This document shows, piece by piece, positions 38,855 through 50,905 of a DNA stretch of 64,000 nucleotides. Under the pieces are notes generated by a model, which saw only the letters and a program-made list of their open reading frames with translations, had not been told where the DNA came from and made no database searches. The translations under genes were made by a program, and so were the position numbers. Origin of the DNA: Haliotis rubra. Lineage: Eukaryota. The DNA lies in the NCBI RefSeq assembly GCF_003918875.1, contig NW_025767346.1, forward strand, positions 248,001-312,000, read 5' to 3'. How positions within the stretch are numbered: the stretch's first letter is position 1; the number at the start of each line of letters is the position of its first letter.

Positions 38855-39293
38855 CTGAAACATAATCAAAAAATCCAGGGATTAGGAAGGGACAAAACTC
38901 TGCACAGCAACTTTCAGCTGCAAAATGACGAGTCACCATAAATATTCTATTCAAATTCATAATCGTCAGAGTGCGTGAGTTTTATTTTTACGTCACTTAT
39001 AGCAATATTCCAGCAATATCACGGCGGGGAACACCAGAAATGGGCCGCACACAAAACCATGTGGAGAATCGAACCCGGGTCTTCAGCGCGAACGCTTTAA
39101 CCACTAGACTACACCCACCGCTCCAGTAGTTAAGAAGGGCCTTACCGTTACGACAATCGTGTCTCCCATAGGTAACTAACTTAACTCACTCCTTCACATA
39201 CTCTTATCATCCGTATGTTTTCGTTACCAAATGAGAAACCATTTATTTTGGTCTAACAATGTTTGTAGTGGATTACAACAACAGTGTTCTCAC

Positions 39294-39609
39294 CTCCCAT
39301 TTTGCGGATAGCTTGTACTGTTGTAAGCCTGAGATCCCCCAGTCCTTTCGTGGGGTCCTCGAGGATGACATGCCTCTCGTTGAAATCCACAAACAGAAAG
39401 TAGACTTTACAAGGTGGAAGCCTTAAAATAAGCTCGTGCCCTTTGACGCAGTGCTTCGTGACAGTAATGTGTCTGGTGGCATCGTTCTGTGATAGGACAG
39501 CATCGACTTGGGTGTGGTGTTGGTTGATGGTGTCTGAATGGAAGCTGACCACACAAACACGGTTCTCAAGATGGCGGGGTGAAACGCTGTTCAAAATATT
39601 CTCGTCTCC
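39294..39609 (-). CDS. 2-TM gene C, exon 4 (N-half of the alpha/beta domain)
   Basis: ttctAG acceptor (phase 0) and GGAG|GTGAG donor. RVCVVSFH...KVYFLFVDFNERHVILEDPTKGLGDLRLTTV. Confidence 0.85.
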
Positions 39610-40928
39610 CTAGAAATACATCTTTTTGTTATGGGCTGTACCAAAATTAGAGTGAGTGAGTTTAGTTTTTAGCAATACCCCTGCAACGACGGAGGACACC
39701 AGACATGGGCTTCACAAATCGTGTCCACGTGGGGAATCGAACTCAGGTCTTTGGCGTGGCGAGCGAACGCATTAACCACTAGGCTACCCTTCCGCCCTGA
39801 ACCAAGACGTATTACTAGCAGCTCCAAATTAATGACCAATATAAATATATTTGGACGCGTCACTTTAGATCGCGCCCAAACCAGATTGAGCAGTGAGAAA
39901 GATTATAATGCAAATGATTGAGAATTGCTCCCCTTGAAACTTTTACGTCAAACCGTACATCACCCACGACACAGATGATTACGTTGAAACCGAGTAGTTA
40001 GTTTACAATTCAATTACCTATCGTTTGACACAAAACTGTTTGCACGCCATGGGCTAAAATTCGTGTGGACCTCAATTCGGGATTCCCAGTACATTAAGGT
40101 GTTTGGGGCTGGGCTTCTAGGGATCCCCAACCTTCACGTTGTTTCCAAAACCTATCTCGTTGCGTTTATTCTGTCCTTCAGCATATTGGCTGTATTATAA
40201 ACTGACTTATGAAGGAAAGTACACCACTAGTATTTAGGGAATATTTAAGAAAATACGGCGCAAAATATTTTGAGTTTAGTTTTACGTCGCACTCACCAAT
40301 ATTACAGCTATATGGAGGCGGTCTGTAAATAATCGAGTCTGGACCAGACAATCCAGTGATCAACAGCATAAACATCGATCTGCACAATGGCAGAACCGAT
40401 GACATGTGTCAACCAAGTCAGCGAGCCTGGCCACCCGATCACGTTAGACGCCTCTTACGACAAGCATGGGTTACTGAAGGAGCATTCACGGGTCCAAACT
40501 ATTTTGGACCGTGCTTTAGCGAGGAACATGAGGCGCTGGCAACCCTGCATATGGGTACGATATCCGTGATGTTTAAGCAACAGGCTCACAATGCCTGTGA
40601 TTCGTAAATCCCAAAGAAAACACGTTTCAAAATATTCTCATTTCTAATGGAAAATATTCCCAAAGCGTCAGGTGTTTATTTTCTTTTGTAAGTCAGGTTA
40701 TGGTCTTCTTTATAGTGAGTGAGTATGGTTTTACGCCGCTTTTAGCAATATTCCAGCAATATCACGGCGGGGGGACACTAGCAATAAGCTTCACACATTG
40801 TACCCATGTTGGGAATCGAGCCCAGATCATAGGCGTGACGATCGAACGCTCTAACCACTAGGCTACCCCGCCGCCCTTCTTCTTTATAAAAGCCGTATAT
40901 TTTCTGTTCTGTCTCAAACAAGGCATAC

Positions 40929-41104
40929 CCGAATGACGTCGTTATTAAGGCGTGGTTCCCCATTGGGGAGGCCTCGCCTTGCCCCTCCCCCTGGGCGCTC
41001 CCGCATGGTGGCTAGCACGTCAGTGAAGCTGGTCCACATCTTCCACACAGCAGCCATTGCCGCGATCTCTAGTATCCCCATCAACAAGATGAGGAAAATC
41101 CATT
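40929..41104 (-). CDS. 2-TM gene C, exon 3 (second TM helix)
   Basis: ttccAG acceptor (phase 1) and CGG|GTATGC donor (phase 0). (E)WIFLILLMGILEIAAMAAVWKMWTSFTDVLATMRERPGGG... Confidence 0.8.
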
Positions 41105-41602
41105 CTGGAACAGAATGTACACTTTTACAGTGAGTGAGCGAGTTTAGTTTTACGCCGCTTGTATCAGTATCCCAGTAATATCAAGGCGGCGGACACCAAA
41201 AATGGGCTTCACACATTGTACCAATGTGAGGAATCGAACCCGGGTCTTCAGCGTGACGAGTGGACGCTTTAACCACTAGGCTACCCCACCGCCGAGGTAC
41301 CCGACAGCCCCCCATCGCGTTTTAAGCCAATAAGGATGGGGAACGCGAAGTGATGAAGGTCTGACACGTTTACCATTCCTTGAAACAGGCACTGCTAAAA
41401 AAACGAGAAGCACAATCAAAGCCAAGATCACAGGTTTCTGGTACATCTAAGGGACATAACTCTGTATAACCGTAAAACAGCTGGACCTTTAGAATGGACC
41501 ACAAAATAAGAACTCTCGATTCTTAATTTTACTCAAGTTATTCTTTTCAGGACGTGCACCATAGCTTGCGAAGATTTAAAACATATACATGTATGTACCT
41601 AC

Positions 41603-41910
41603 CCTTAGACAAAAACTTGTTGGTGAGTTCTTCCATGCGACCGTCGAGGATGTAGCTTTTCAGTTCAACGTTGGAGTAGTTGCTGTACATGTCATCACGC
41701 ATAATCGTGATGTTGGCCTCTAACCACTTAATCTTTTCATTGTCTGCGACATTCTGCTTCAAGCACTGGTCCAGTGTCGTGGTCATTGTGTTCACCTGCT
41801 GATGCAGTGTGGTAGATGACGAGGTGTAGTCGTTGCTGTTCCTGACGTTCACAAAGGCGGGGGCAAAATACAGGGTGCCGAGTGTTCCCAAAATGCCGCC
41901 TGCTAATCCT
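41603..41910 (-). CDS. 2-TM gene C, exon 2 (end of TM1 + short coiled coil)
   Basis: ttttAG acceptor (phase 2) and AAGG|GTAGGT donor (phase 1). GLAGGILGTLGTLYFAPAFV...LDQCLKQNVADNEKIKWLEANI... Confidence 0.8.
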
Positions 41911-43486
41911 CTAAAAAAACAAGTGTTGATTGAAGAAGTCGGTGTCATTACGCCTCTTTAACAGGATTATATTAACATCAAGGTGTCTTGAGTTATTGAG
42001 TGAATGAATGAGTGCTTGAATGAGTGAGTTTAATTTTACGCCGCTTTTAGCAATATTCCAGCAACATCACGGCAGGGGACACCAGAAATGAGCTCAACAC
42101 GTTGTACCCAAATGAAGAATCGAACCAGGTCTTCGGCATCTTTGCGTGAGTGAGTGGTGAGTATATTTTAACGCCTCTTTTAGCAATATACCAGCAATAT
42201 CACGGCGGGGGATACCAGAAATGGGCTTCACACATTGTACCCATGTGGGGAATCGAACCCGGGTCTTCAGCGTGACGACCGAACGCTTTAACCACTAGGC
42301 TTCCCCACCGCCCGAGGAAAACCCGAAGCCACACACCATTGAGAATCAAAGACATCAGGGAGTGTGGGGTTCGAACCACTGTCAAAATAGCCTTGATTGA
42401 TTGATTGAGTTTTTATGCCATCTTTAGCAATATTCCAGCATTATCACACCACAAATTGTGAACATATATATTTTTTGTGTACATCTGTGGACCGGTGAAG
42501 GTCCGGGTTAGAATTGATCTTCAGCAACCCATGATAGTTGTAAAAGACGGATCGGGTTAGCTGATCTGGTTGACACGCAGCATCGTATCCCAGTTGTATA
42601 GTTCGACGCTCATGCTGTTAATCACTGGAGTATCTGGTCCAGACCATTATTTGGAGGACGTCGTAATATAGCCGGAATATTGCTGAGTGCGGCGTAAAAC
42701 AACAAACCAACTTAGCAAAATTTTACAATGTTAGTATAAGAGTAGGACATGCATGCATACATACATGCATGCATGCATGCATGCATACATACATACACAC
42801 ACACACACACATTCCCATCCTTACGAGGTACCCATTCTCAGCTGGGTGGACTGGGACACATAGTCACAGTACTTTGTCCAAGCTTACTGCACGTTGCTGT
42901 ACCCGCAACTGGGTGTTTGCACGTATTCATGTGGCCACCATCTGGTCATATACCAACGGATTCGTGGGTTCTTCTAAGTGCACAGGGTTGTGTACTGTAC
43001 ACTAGGGGTTGTGGCAACACTGAAAGAGTCTGCACACATAGTTGACTTCAAGGTTTTTACACCCGGTCACAGGTGGGCTCGATCCCGTCACCTCAAGCTC
43101 GCTGGATCACTAGCCTGGCGCTTTAGCCAGCTCGCCCACCGCGCCCCCACCGATTCCCCCGGAGCCAGGGGAGGTCACTCTATTTTGACTGTCAGCCAGA
43201 CAACACAACATAGGATCCCTGAAATTTCACGACGTTGTACCAAATCATTTATTCATGTATTTGTCCAAAATATGATCATCACTCACACGCATAAAAATGC
43301 ATATTTCAGACATTCCAAATTTCTTCAAAACTGTTGACCCATACTACGATATTAAATATATTTTCTTATCAAAGCCTTTACAATCTAGATCCACAACGAA
43401 AAGTTGGTCTGTTCGTTTGTCTTGTAAACCAGAGATAAAACTATAGCAATGTCAGCAAATAGTGACAAGGAAATTTGCCCAAACAG

Positions 43487-43593
43487 GGCACCGTTCGACA
43501 AAGCGATCGTAGCGCTAAGGTGATCGTAACTCCCATACTTTAACATAGACTTACGACAGTCGTAGCGCTGCAATCGCTTTGAGGAACGGGGCC
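43487..43593. mobile_element. Palindromic MITE with CWG flanks (Harbinger-like)
   Basis: GGCACCGTTCGACAAAGCGAT...ATCGCTTTGAGGAACGGGGCC; a related partial copy lies at about 8590-8670. Confidence 0.55.
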
Positions 43594-44640
43594 CTGGATG
43601 ACATTTACACAGGTTTCACAGTGACACATGTGCCACGAAAATTCATTTGTAAGAAATGAAAATAGAAAGGGGTTGATATACAGCCTTGCCAAGCACCAAG
43701 TCCCATCTGTAATGTTTCAAATAATTCTCTCTTGATTCTTAACAACTGCCAATATGTTACTCCACATTTAAGCTATAATATACGTAAGACTTTTTGGAAT
43801 AACTTACTTCTCATTTAATGAATCAAAAACATGTAAAACCGACAAACAATTTCTAAACTAAATCTTTGCGTGAGTGAGTGGTGAGTTTAGTTTTACACCT
43901 CTTTTAGCAATATACCAGCAATATCATGGCGGGGGATACCAGAAATGGGCTTCACACATTGTACCCATGTGGGGAATCGAACCCGGGTCTTCAGCGTGAC
44001 GACCGAACGCTGTAACCACTGGGCTACCCCGCCGCCCCTCTTTGAATGGGAGAAGCCAGAAGAAGAAGTTAAGCAGCACATATATCGAAGAAAATGTGTT
44101 ATCTATCTGTCGTATCTGTCTCGTCAAAGAAATACAGTTTACGCACTGGACGAGACATTACGGGAATATGTGAGGAAACAAATTCTGTCTAAGGCCATGA
44201 TGTTTGTTAAGCAGAGTAACGTCCCTTGGACACCATGACCGTTGGTTCGAATCCTATACTCGCCCTGGTTATGATCACTGTCAGCACTGCAGGTTCACGT
44301 ACTTGGTTTACCAAGGCAATATGTGTCAACCCTACTGTCCTAAACATTTAGAGTGAGTGAATATGGTTTACTTTAGCCTTTAGCTATAATTCTGCAATAT
44401 CCAAGATAGCATTCGGACGTTGGCCCAACGTTGGCAATGTGGGCAAAACCATTGCCAACGTTGGGCCAACGTCTGAATGCTATCTGGGATCGCGGCGGGG
44501 GCACCAGAAATGGGCTTCACACATTGTACCCATAATGGGACTCCAACCCGGGTCTTCGGTGTGACGAGCGAACGCTTTACCAACTAGACTACCCCGCTGT
44601 AAAAGATGTAAAAAGGATTACAACGAGACTAGATACTTAC

Positions 44641-45335
44641 GTGGCTGTAGACATTGCACATATGAAAAATAAGGGATCCTGTAAAACACGTTGGAACTTT
44701 GGCTGGTGGTTAGCTTGTAGCGCGTCAGTTCCGGGGATATCAGCCGCAGGATCTCTCTTGGTCACTGTAGTCTCTCTGTCAGGCGGTGCCCAATCTGGCT
44801 TTGCGTGTGTTTGTGATCCCTTAGTGCCGGGGGTATCTGCTGAAGTTTCTCTGTTGGTCACTGTGGTCTCTCTGTCAAGCGTTGTCGAATCTTGCTCTGC
44901 CTGTATTTGTGATCCCTTGCCTCCGTGTGTATGTGCCACAGGATCGCCGTTGGTCACTGTGGTCTCTCTGTCAAGCGTTGTCGTATCTTGCTCTGCGTGT
45001 ATTTGTGATCCCTTGCCTCCGTGTGTCTGTGCCACAGGAGGCCGTGCCGGATCTGGCTTTGCGTGTGTTACTGACCCTTCAGTAATGGAAGGCTCTGCGC
45101 CAGAGGACGCGTTTGCTTCTGTCCTCTCCTCACAGATACACTTGCTCGTCGTTTTGTCTTCTCGTAACCCTGTCTCTTTCAAATCGGCCGTTGCGTTACC
45201 GCCCGATGTATATTTATGCCCGACAACGTTTGTCTCCCTTTCATTTCCAGCCAGACCTCCAGTTAGGGTTGATTCATGTCCCGAACTTACTTCGCCTGTC
45301 ATCAGTGACGAGTTGTCCTGGTCCCTAGACGCCAT
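44641..45335 (-). CDS. 2-TM gene C, exon 1 (repetitive T/E/D-rich cytoplasmic tail). Model: 45335-44641, 41910-41603, 41104-40929, 39609-39294, 38854-38649 = 566 aa
   Basis: ATG at 45335; AC|GTAAGT donor, phase 2. All five exons join in frame (1701 nt). Confidence 0.8.
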
Positions 45336-45686
45336 TCAAGCGTGGAATAGACGTGGTTGTAAGAGCTGGCGACAAGTCGTCATTCGGAGTGCACTTCATA
45401 TGCTGATAGTTGTTATTCACTCTGTTTAACATGAATATTGTTCCACCCAGGCAATGACCAATGTCCAACCACCTGCTTCTCGCCCTCTCCAAGTGACATG
45501 GACTGCTCACGGAACTATTTCGCCTTCTCCCTGAAGAAATATATACGTAATGCTTGATCGGGTCCACTTCAATACATCCCCGCTCAGTCGTTAGTTAGAT
45601 TTCCAGGGCGAGAGGACAATGTATTTGTGTCTCCACGTTCTGTTTACTCACTGCGCAATAACATAAACCAGTCTCAAAGGTCAACC

Positions 45687-45760
45687 TGACCTAAACATCG
45701 CTTCCAAGAAACAAACGACACGCCTGCTGTAGAGGCAGTCTGGGATCCTGGGGATTCCCC
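45687..45760. promoter_or_regulatory. Gene C / GTPase-2 intergenic module: TGACCTAA, GAS site TTCCAAGAA, kB site GGGGATTCCCC
   Basis: Motifs at 45687, 45702 and 45750. TGACCTAA-to-GAS spacing is 15 nt, as upstream of gene B. Confidence 0.55.
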
Positions 45761-46355
45761 GAAATCCGCCTCACATATCAATCCCAACGCGTAAATAAAT
45801 AGTCCTTAATGCATCGTATCTCTTTGTTGTTAACATGCGATTTTAACCAACAGCATACCGCTTGCATATAAAATGAGTGTCATACGTTACAATATCATGC
45901 TGACATGATGAACATATATTGTTGAATCCGTATCGATCGAACGAACTGTTGTCGGCAACCGTGGCGGAGGAATATGTTGTTAAAAATAACCACACGTAAA
46001 GTTGAGCTCGGCGTAAGGATAAGAGGGCCTCGCCACAACAACACGACATATTTGTCTCGGAGGGGCTGAGAAGGCTGGACTTGAGGTAGGTGTAAGCAGA
46101 TTTATGTATTGTACACATTCTACACATACTGACATGATTTCATAGGGCTGTAGCGTGTATTATAACATGCCAGTCTCAATTTCTTGGCCTGAATATGTTA
46201 ACAAGTCACAGCCAGGAATGCGATTGAGCATGACAGTCTTCAGACTGTGACAGGGTGACCCTTGATACAACAGTTTTGTGTTTCAGTCTGAGCGAGCAAG
46301 TATGGTTTTGCGCCGCTTTTAGCAATACTCCAGCAATATCACGGCCGGCGACACC

Positions 46356-46526
46356 NNNNNNNNNNNNNNNNNNNNNNNNNNNNNNNNNNNNNNNNNNNNN
46401 NNNNNNNNNNNNNNNNNNNNNNNNNNNNNNNNNNNNNNNNNNNNNNNNNNNNNNNNNNNNNNNNNNNNNNNNNNNNNNNNNNNNNNNNNNNNNNNNNNNN
46501 NNNNNNNNNNNNNNNNNNNNNNNNNN
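46356..46526. other. Assembly gap (N run)
   Basis: Ns in the sequence. Confidence 1.
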
Positions 46527-48526
46527 TACCAGTTCCACAGAAATGAGGTATAGTGGTTAAAACGTTCGTTCGTCACTCCGAAGACCCGGGTTCGATTCTC
46601 CACATGTGGACAATGCGTGAAGCCCATTTCCGGTGTCCCCCCGCCGTGACATTGTTGGAATATTGCTAAAAGCAGCGTAGAACTTAACTCACTCACTCAA
46701 ATGATGATAATAACACTCGTGACAATGCCAATGACGATGACGAATCGGAACCTCGAAAACAACAACCTTTGTTTTTAATGTGGACCCAAATAATCTGAAC
46801 ATCATGGGGCTGAAATATATATTTTTGCTGAAATGTTAGCGATTTGAGTCACTGAATGCTTTTCGCGGTTGTCAAGTAGACCATAAACGTAGCATCATTT
46901 TAGGTTTAGTCTTTAGTTCACAACCCTTTCGTTAGCCCCCCGAGGCCATTGTAACCATAGCGACCGGGAATAGTTGAGCTTAGTCAAGGTTCATAAATAG
47001 TTTAGCTGAACAGACTGTATATGAAGGACCGTCGGAATATGTGTATATTTCAAAATAATCGTTTTCTTCACTTAGCTGCGTTGTTTTGAACCTGGTCGGA
47101 AGTATGTGACGTCACTACTATTGTGAGGTGAGGTGAAATTGGGTTTTACGTCGTGCTTGAGAATATTTCGCTCATATGACGACGTGCATGCGTGTGTATG
47201 TGTATGTGCGGCTGCTTGCACTAGCCCAGACTTAAGCTGATTTTATAGTGCTAGCCCACTGAGATACCATGCCGCAGTGAAGCATGAATACCCCACTCAG
47301 ACACATTATACTGACTCCGAACCGACCAGTCCTTGTTGTACCCATTAATGCGCCAAGCAGGGACCAACAAGTACCATATTTTAACGTCTTTTGGTATGAC
47401 GCGGTCGGGGATCGAACCCGCGACCTTCCGCTCTCCGGGCAGACGCTCTAACCACTACGATTCCCGACAGGGGTACAATGTTTGAAACCCATTTCTGGTG
47501 TTCCCCGCCGTGGTATTGTTGGAAAACAGCTAAAAGCGGCGTAACAAGACTTCACTCACTCATGTAATATTTCTGCCTGGCTAGACTATAAAATTCCGAA
47601 ACAGACTATAACCCAATACCCTATTGTATAGGAGATTTGCCACGTCAGATCATGAGTGATGTCTACATCTGGACAGTAGAGACTGTCTGAATGACATATA
47701 TCGTCTCGCACCTCGAGCTCAGTGTCGCAGTTAATGCAGCTGCGATCATGGTAAACACTGAAAGCCTTACTATTGGCTAATCCGTGATTTCCGAGAAAGG
47801 TCTGGTCACATGATATGCAAATCAATCCATGGCAGTGATACAGAGTAAAATCATCACTGTGACGTAATGTGTAGTAATATCTAGTTCGGGATGTACATTA
47901 GAGTGAGTGAGTTTAGTTTTACGCCGCTTCCAGTAATATTCGTGCAATATCCCTAGGTATGAGGGACACCAGAAATGGGCTTCACGCATTGCACTCATGT
48001 GGGGAATCGAACCCGGGTATTCGGCGTGACGAGCGAACTCTTTAACCACTAGACTACCCCCAGCGCCCTCTGTACATAAAAACAACTTTTTAATAAACAG
48101 TGCTATCTTCAACAAGCGAGTAGTAAATGTTATCTGGCAAACGAACGTAATCACAATGAATTCACAGTCTGGAGATTCTCACCGTAAAGCTGAAAGTCAT
48201 TCGAGATATGTTGACACTGTTTTCTACGTATATTACTCAGACTACACACATATAGGTTTGGATTTACGCCAGAAGTTCCCGTTCCTGTTCGGTTTACTGA
48301 AACTCGCTGCGTAGTTTGTTTTCTAAGGTTTAATAATAATACATTTGTTACGACACTCTGTTGATTTAGCACTCCATTATTGCTAAAGTAATGTAGAGTA
48401 TTTATTATAATTCTTTTTCTCGCCATTTGTTTACATTGCTTTAACCATAATTATATTTTTCACCAAACATTGCCACGCGGTTAAGGCATACTAGTCAAGG
48501 CTATCTATAGTATACTAATGATAAAG

Positions 48527-48862
48527 ACCGCCTCCGTGGTGTAGTGGTTAGAGCGTCCGCCCGGAGAGTGGAAGATCGCGGGTTCGATCCTTGACCGCGT
48601 CATACCTAAAAGACGTTAAAATATGGTACTTGTTTGTCCCTGCCTGGCGCTCGGCATTAATGCGTACAACAAGGACTGGTCGGCTCGGAGTCGGTATTTA
48701 TGCTTCATGGTATCTCAGTGGGCTAGCACTATAAAACCAGCTTAAGTCTAGGCTAGTACAAGCAGCCGCACATGCACATACACATGCATGCACGTCGTCA
48801 TATGAGCGAAATATTCTCAAGCACGACGTAAAACCCAATTTCACCTCACCTCACCTCACCTC
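48527..48862 (+). mobile_element. tRNA-derived SINE family 3 (about 335 bp, (CCTCA)n tail) with a 13-bp TSD
   Basis: Box A/B head, core GTCATACC.AAAGACGTTAAAATATGG, TSD ACTAATGATAAAG. Other copies at 47123-47458 (-) and about 58233-58589 (+). Confidence 0.85.
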
Positions 48863-49802
48863 ACTAATGATAAAGTCTTTATCTTTCCAGTTACCATTGT
48901 CCTTACTTTCAATTGAGTATCAGATTCACTTTTAACAACATTAAATATAGGTTCAATCTTAATTACATCTAATTTACATAGAATTTAGCTATAGTGAAGC
49001 CACAGTTGACAGGATTTGGTTCAAGTACCTGATTACTCAAAACACAAACCGAAAAATGCCAAACATGCTCCTGGTGTTTATAATTGTTTGTTTGTTTGTT
49101 TATTAAGATCACACTCAGCAATATTCCATAGATATAGGTCGTTTAGCCCAAGTTGTTTACAATTCTCGTCCTATGGGGGCGGTGGGGTAGCCTAGTGGTT
49201 AAAGCGTTGGCTCGTCACGCCGAAGACCCGGGTTCGAATCCCCACATGGGTACAATGTGTGAAGCCCATTTCTGGTGTCCCCCGCCGTGATGTTGCTGGA
49301 ATATTGCTAAAAGCGGCGTAAAACTAAACTCAGTCAGTCTCGTCCTATGACGTGTGACGAGTGAATTGGTTTTACGCCCCATTTACAATAACCTAACAAT
49401 ATCACGGCGGGGCACACCAGAAATTGGATTCACACATTGAACCCATGTGGGAAATCGAACCGGGCCATTGGCATGACGAGCGAACGCTTTAACCACTAGG
49501 CTACCCTACTGCCCCCTCGACCTAACAATACGCCCAAAATGTAAAACCTGAAAAACAGTGTCATGTATATCTACGCTTTTTTTAACCTTGTTATGATTTT
49601 TCCCTTGTCGATGATATTTTGTTATGTAGTGTAAATAATACTATATATAGGTAAATGCAAATCATTATTTGAACCCGTATCGAAATAAGTAAATTACATA
49701 AAATAAATGAAGACAAAATTATTGTTTCAAAAGACAGTGACGTGAATGAAGGACGTACAATAAGTGTAGCAGGAACTTTCAATGTATATTTCAGAATTCC
49801 AA

Positions 49803-49992
49803 ATGGATGACATTGATCGCGAATCCTTCTCCGTCTTGAGCCAAGACTCGGACGCCGAGACGGACATCCAGGAAGGGGACTGGACGCCAGACTTCCAGAA
49901 AAACCAGAAGAGATTGAGCCTCATCAGGAGGATACGGAAACATTGTGGAAAGGATGACGGCATCACCAAGCCTCTCAATGTTGTAGTTATAG
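49803..49992 (+). CDS. IFI44-like: IFI44-like GTPase 2, exon 1. Model: 49803-49992, 50773-50905, 51832-52172, 52888-53618 = 464 aa
   Basis: tttcAG acceptor ending at 49794; ATG at 49803; ...KPLNVVVIG|GTCAGT, phase 1. The exons join in frame (1395 nt). Confidence 0.8.
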
Positions 49993-50772
49993 GTCAGTAT
50001 TGATTTTGGCGGTGGGGTAGCTCAGTGGTTACAGCGTTCGCTTGTCACGCCAAAGTCCGGGTTGGATTCCACACATGGGTACAATGTGTGAAACCTATTT
50101 CTGGTGTCACCCGCCATGATATTGCTCGAATTTTGCCAACGTCGGCGTAAAACTATACTCACCAAATCTGTATTGATATAAATCCTGTCCTTCATGACAA
50201 GAAACGCGGAGTTGTAGAGTCGCTTCCCTTAGACGTTACAGAATCCTAGATCCAATTCTTTGGGTAATACTCCATTGCTTCCTTTATGGGAAGTCGATGG
50301 GTAGCCCGGTGGTTAAGGCGTTCGTTCTTCACGCCGAATACCCGGGTTCGATTCCCCACGTGGATACAATGTGTGAAACCAACTTCTGGTGTCGATTGCT
50401 GTGATGTTGTTGGAATAAAAGCGGCCTAAAACCTAACACACTCACTCCGTTTGTGTACACGAAGTGACCTAACACTTAACACTATATAACCCAACTCACA
50501 ACCCGTGAAGGTCCGGGTTAGAACTGGTCTTCATCAACCCATGCTTGTCGTAAGAGGCGACTAACGGGTGGTTAGGCTCGCTGGCCTGGATGACACATGT
50601 CATCGTATCCCAATTGCGTAGATCAATGCTCATGCTGTTGATCACTGGGTTGTTTGGTCAAGACTCGATTATTTACAATCCGCCGCCATGTAGCTGGAAT
50701 ATTGCTGAGTGCAGCCACAACAACAACAAAACCAAACTCACTTACTCACTCACTTTGTGTCTCTTTCTCCAG

Positions 50773-50905
50773 GGCCTGCTGGAGTTGGCAAGTCGGCGTT
50801 CATCAACACCGTCGGAGCAGCGTTTGATGGTGTCTGCTGGCGGGAACACAGCTACTCAGGGTCCCACGACAAAGCAGGAGATCAGATCACGGTATTCACT
50901 ACAAG
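50773..50905 (+). CDS. IFI44-like: IFI44-like GTPase 2, exon 2 (G1, G2)
   Basis: ctccAG acceptor. GPAGVGKSAFINTV...DQITVFTT. AG|GTAGG donor. Confidence 0.85.

Noticed and set aside
44641-45429. Plus-strand 262-aa ORF and other antisense ORFs over the 2-TM exons
   Set aside because: Shadows of the minus-strand coding exons.
49175-49250. tRNA genes at SINE heads
   Set aside because: Box A/B heads run into a shared SINE body and tail with TSDs; they are not stand-alone tRNAs.
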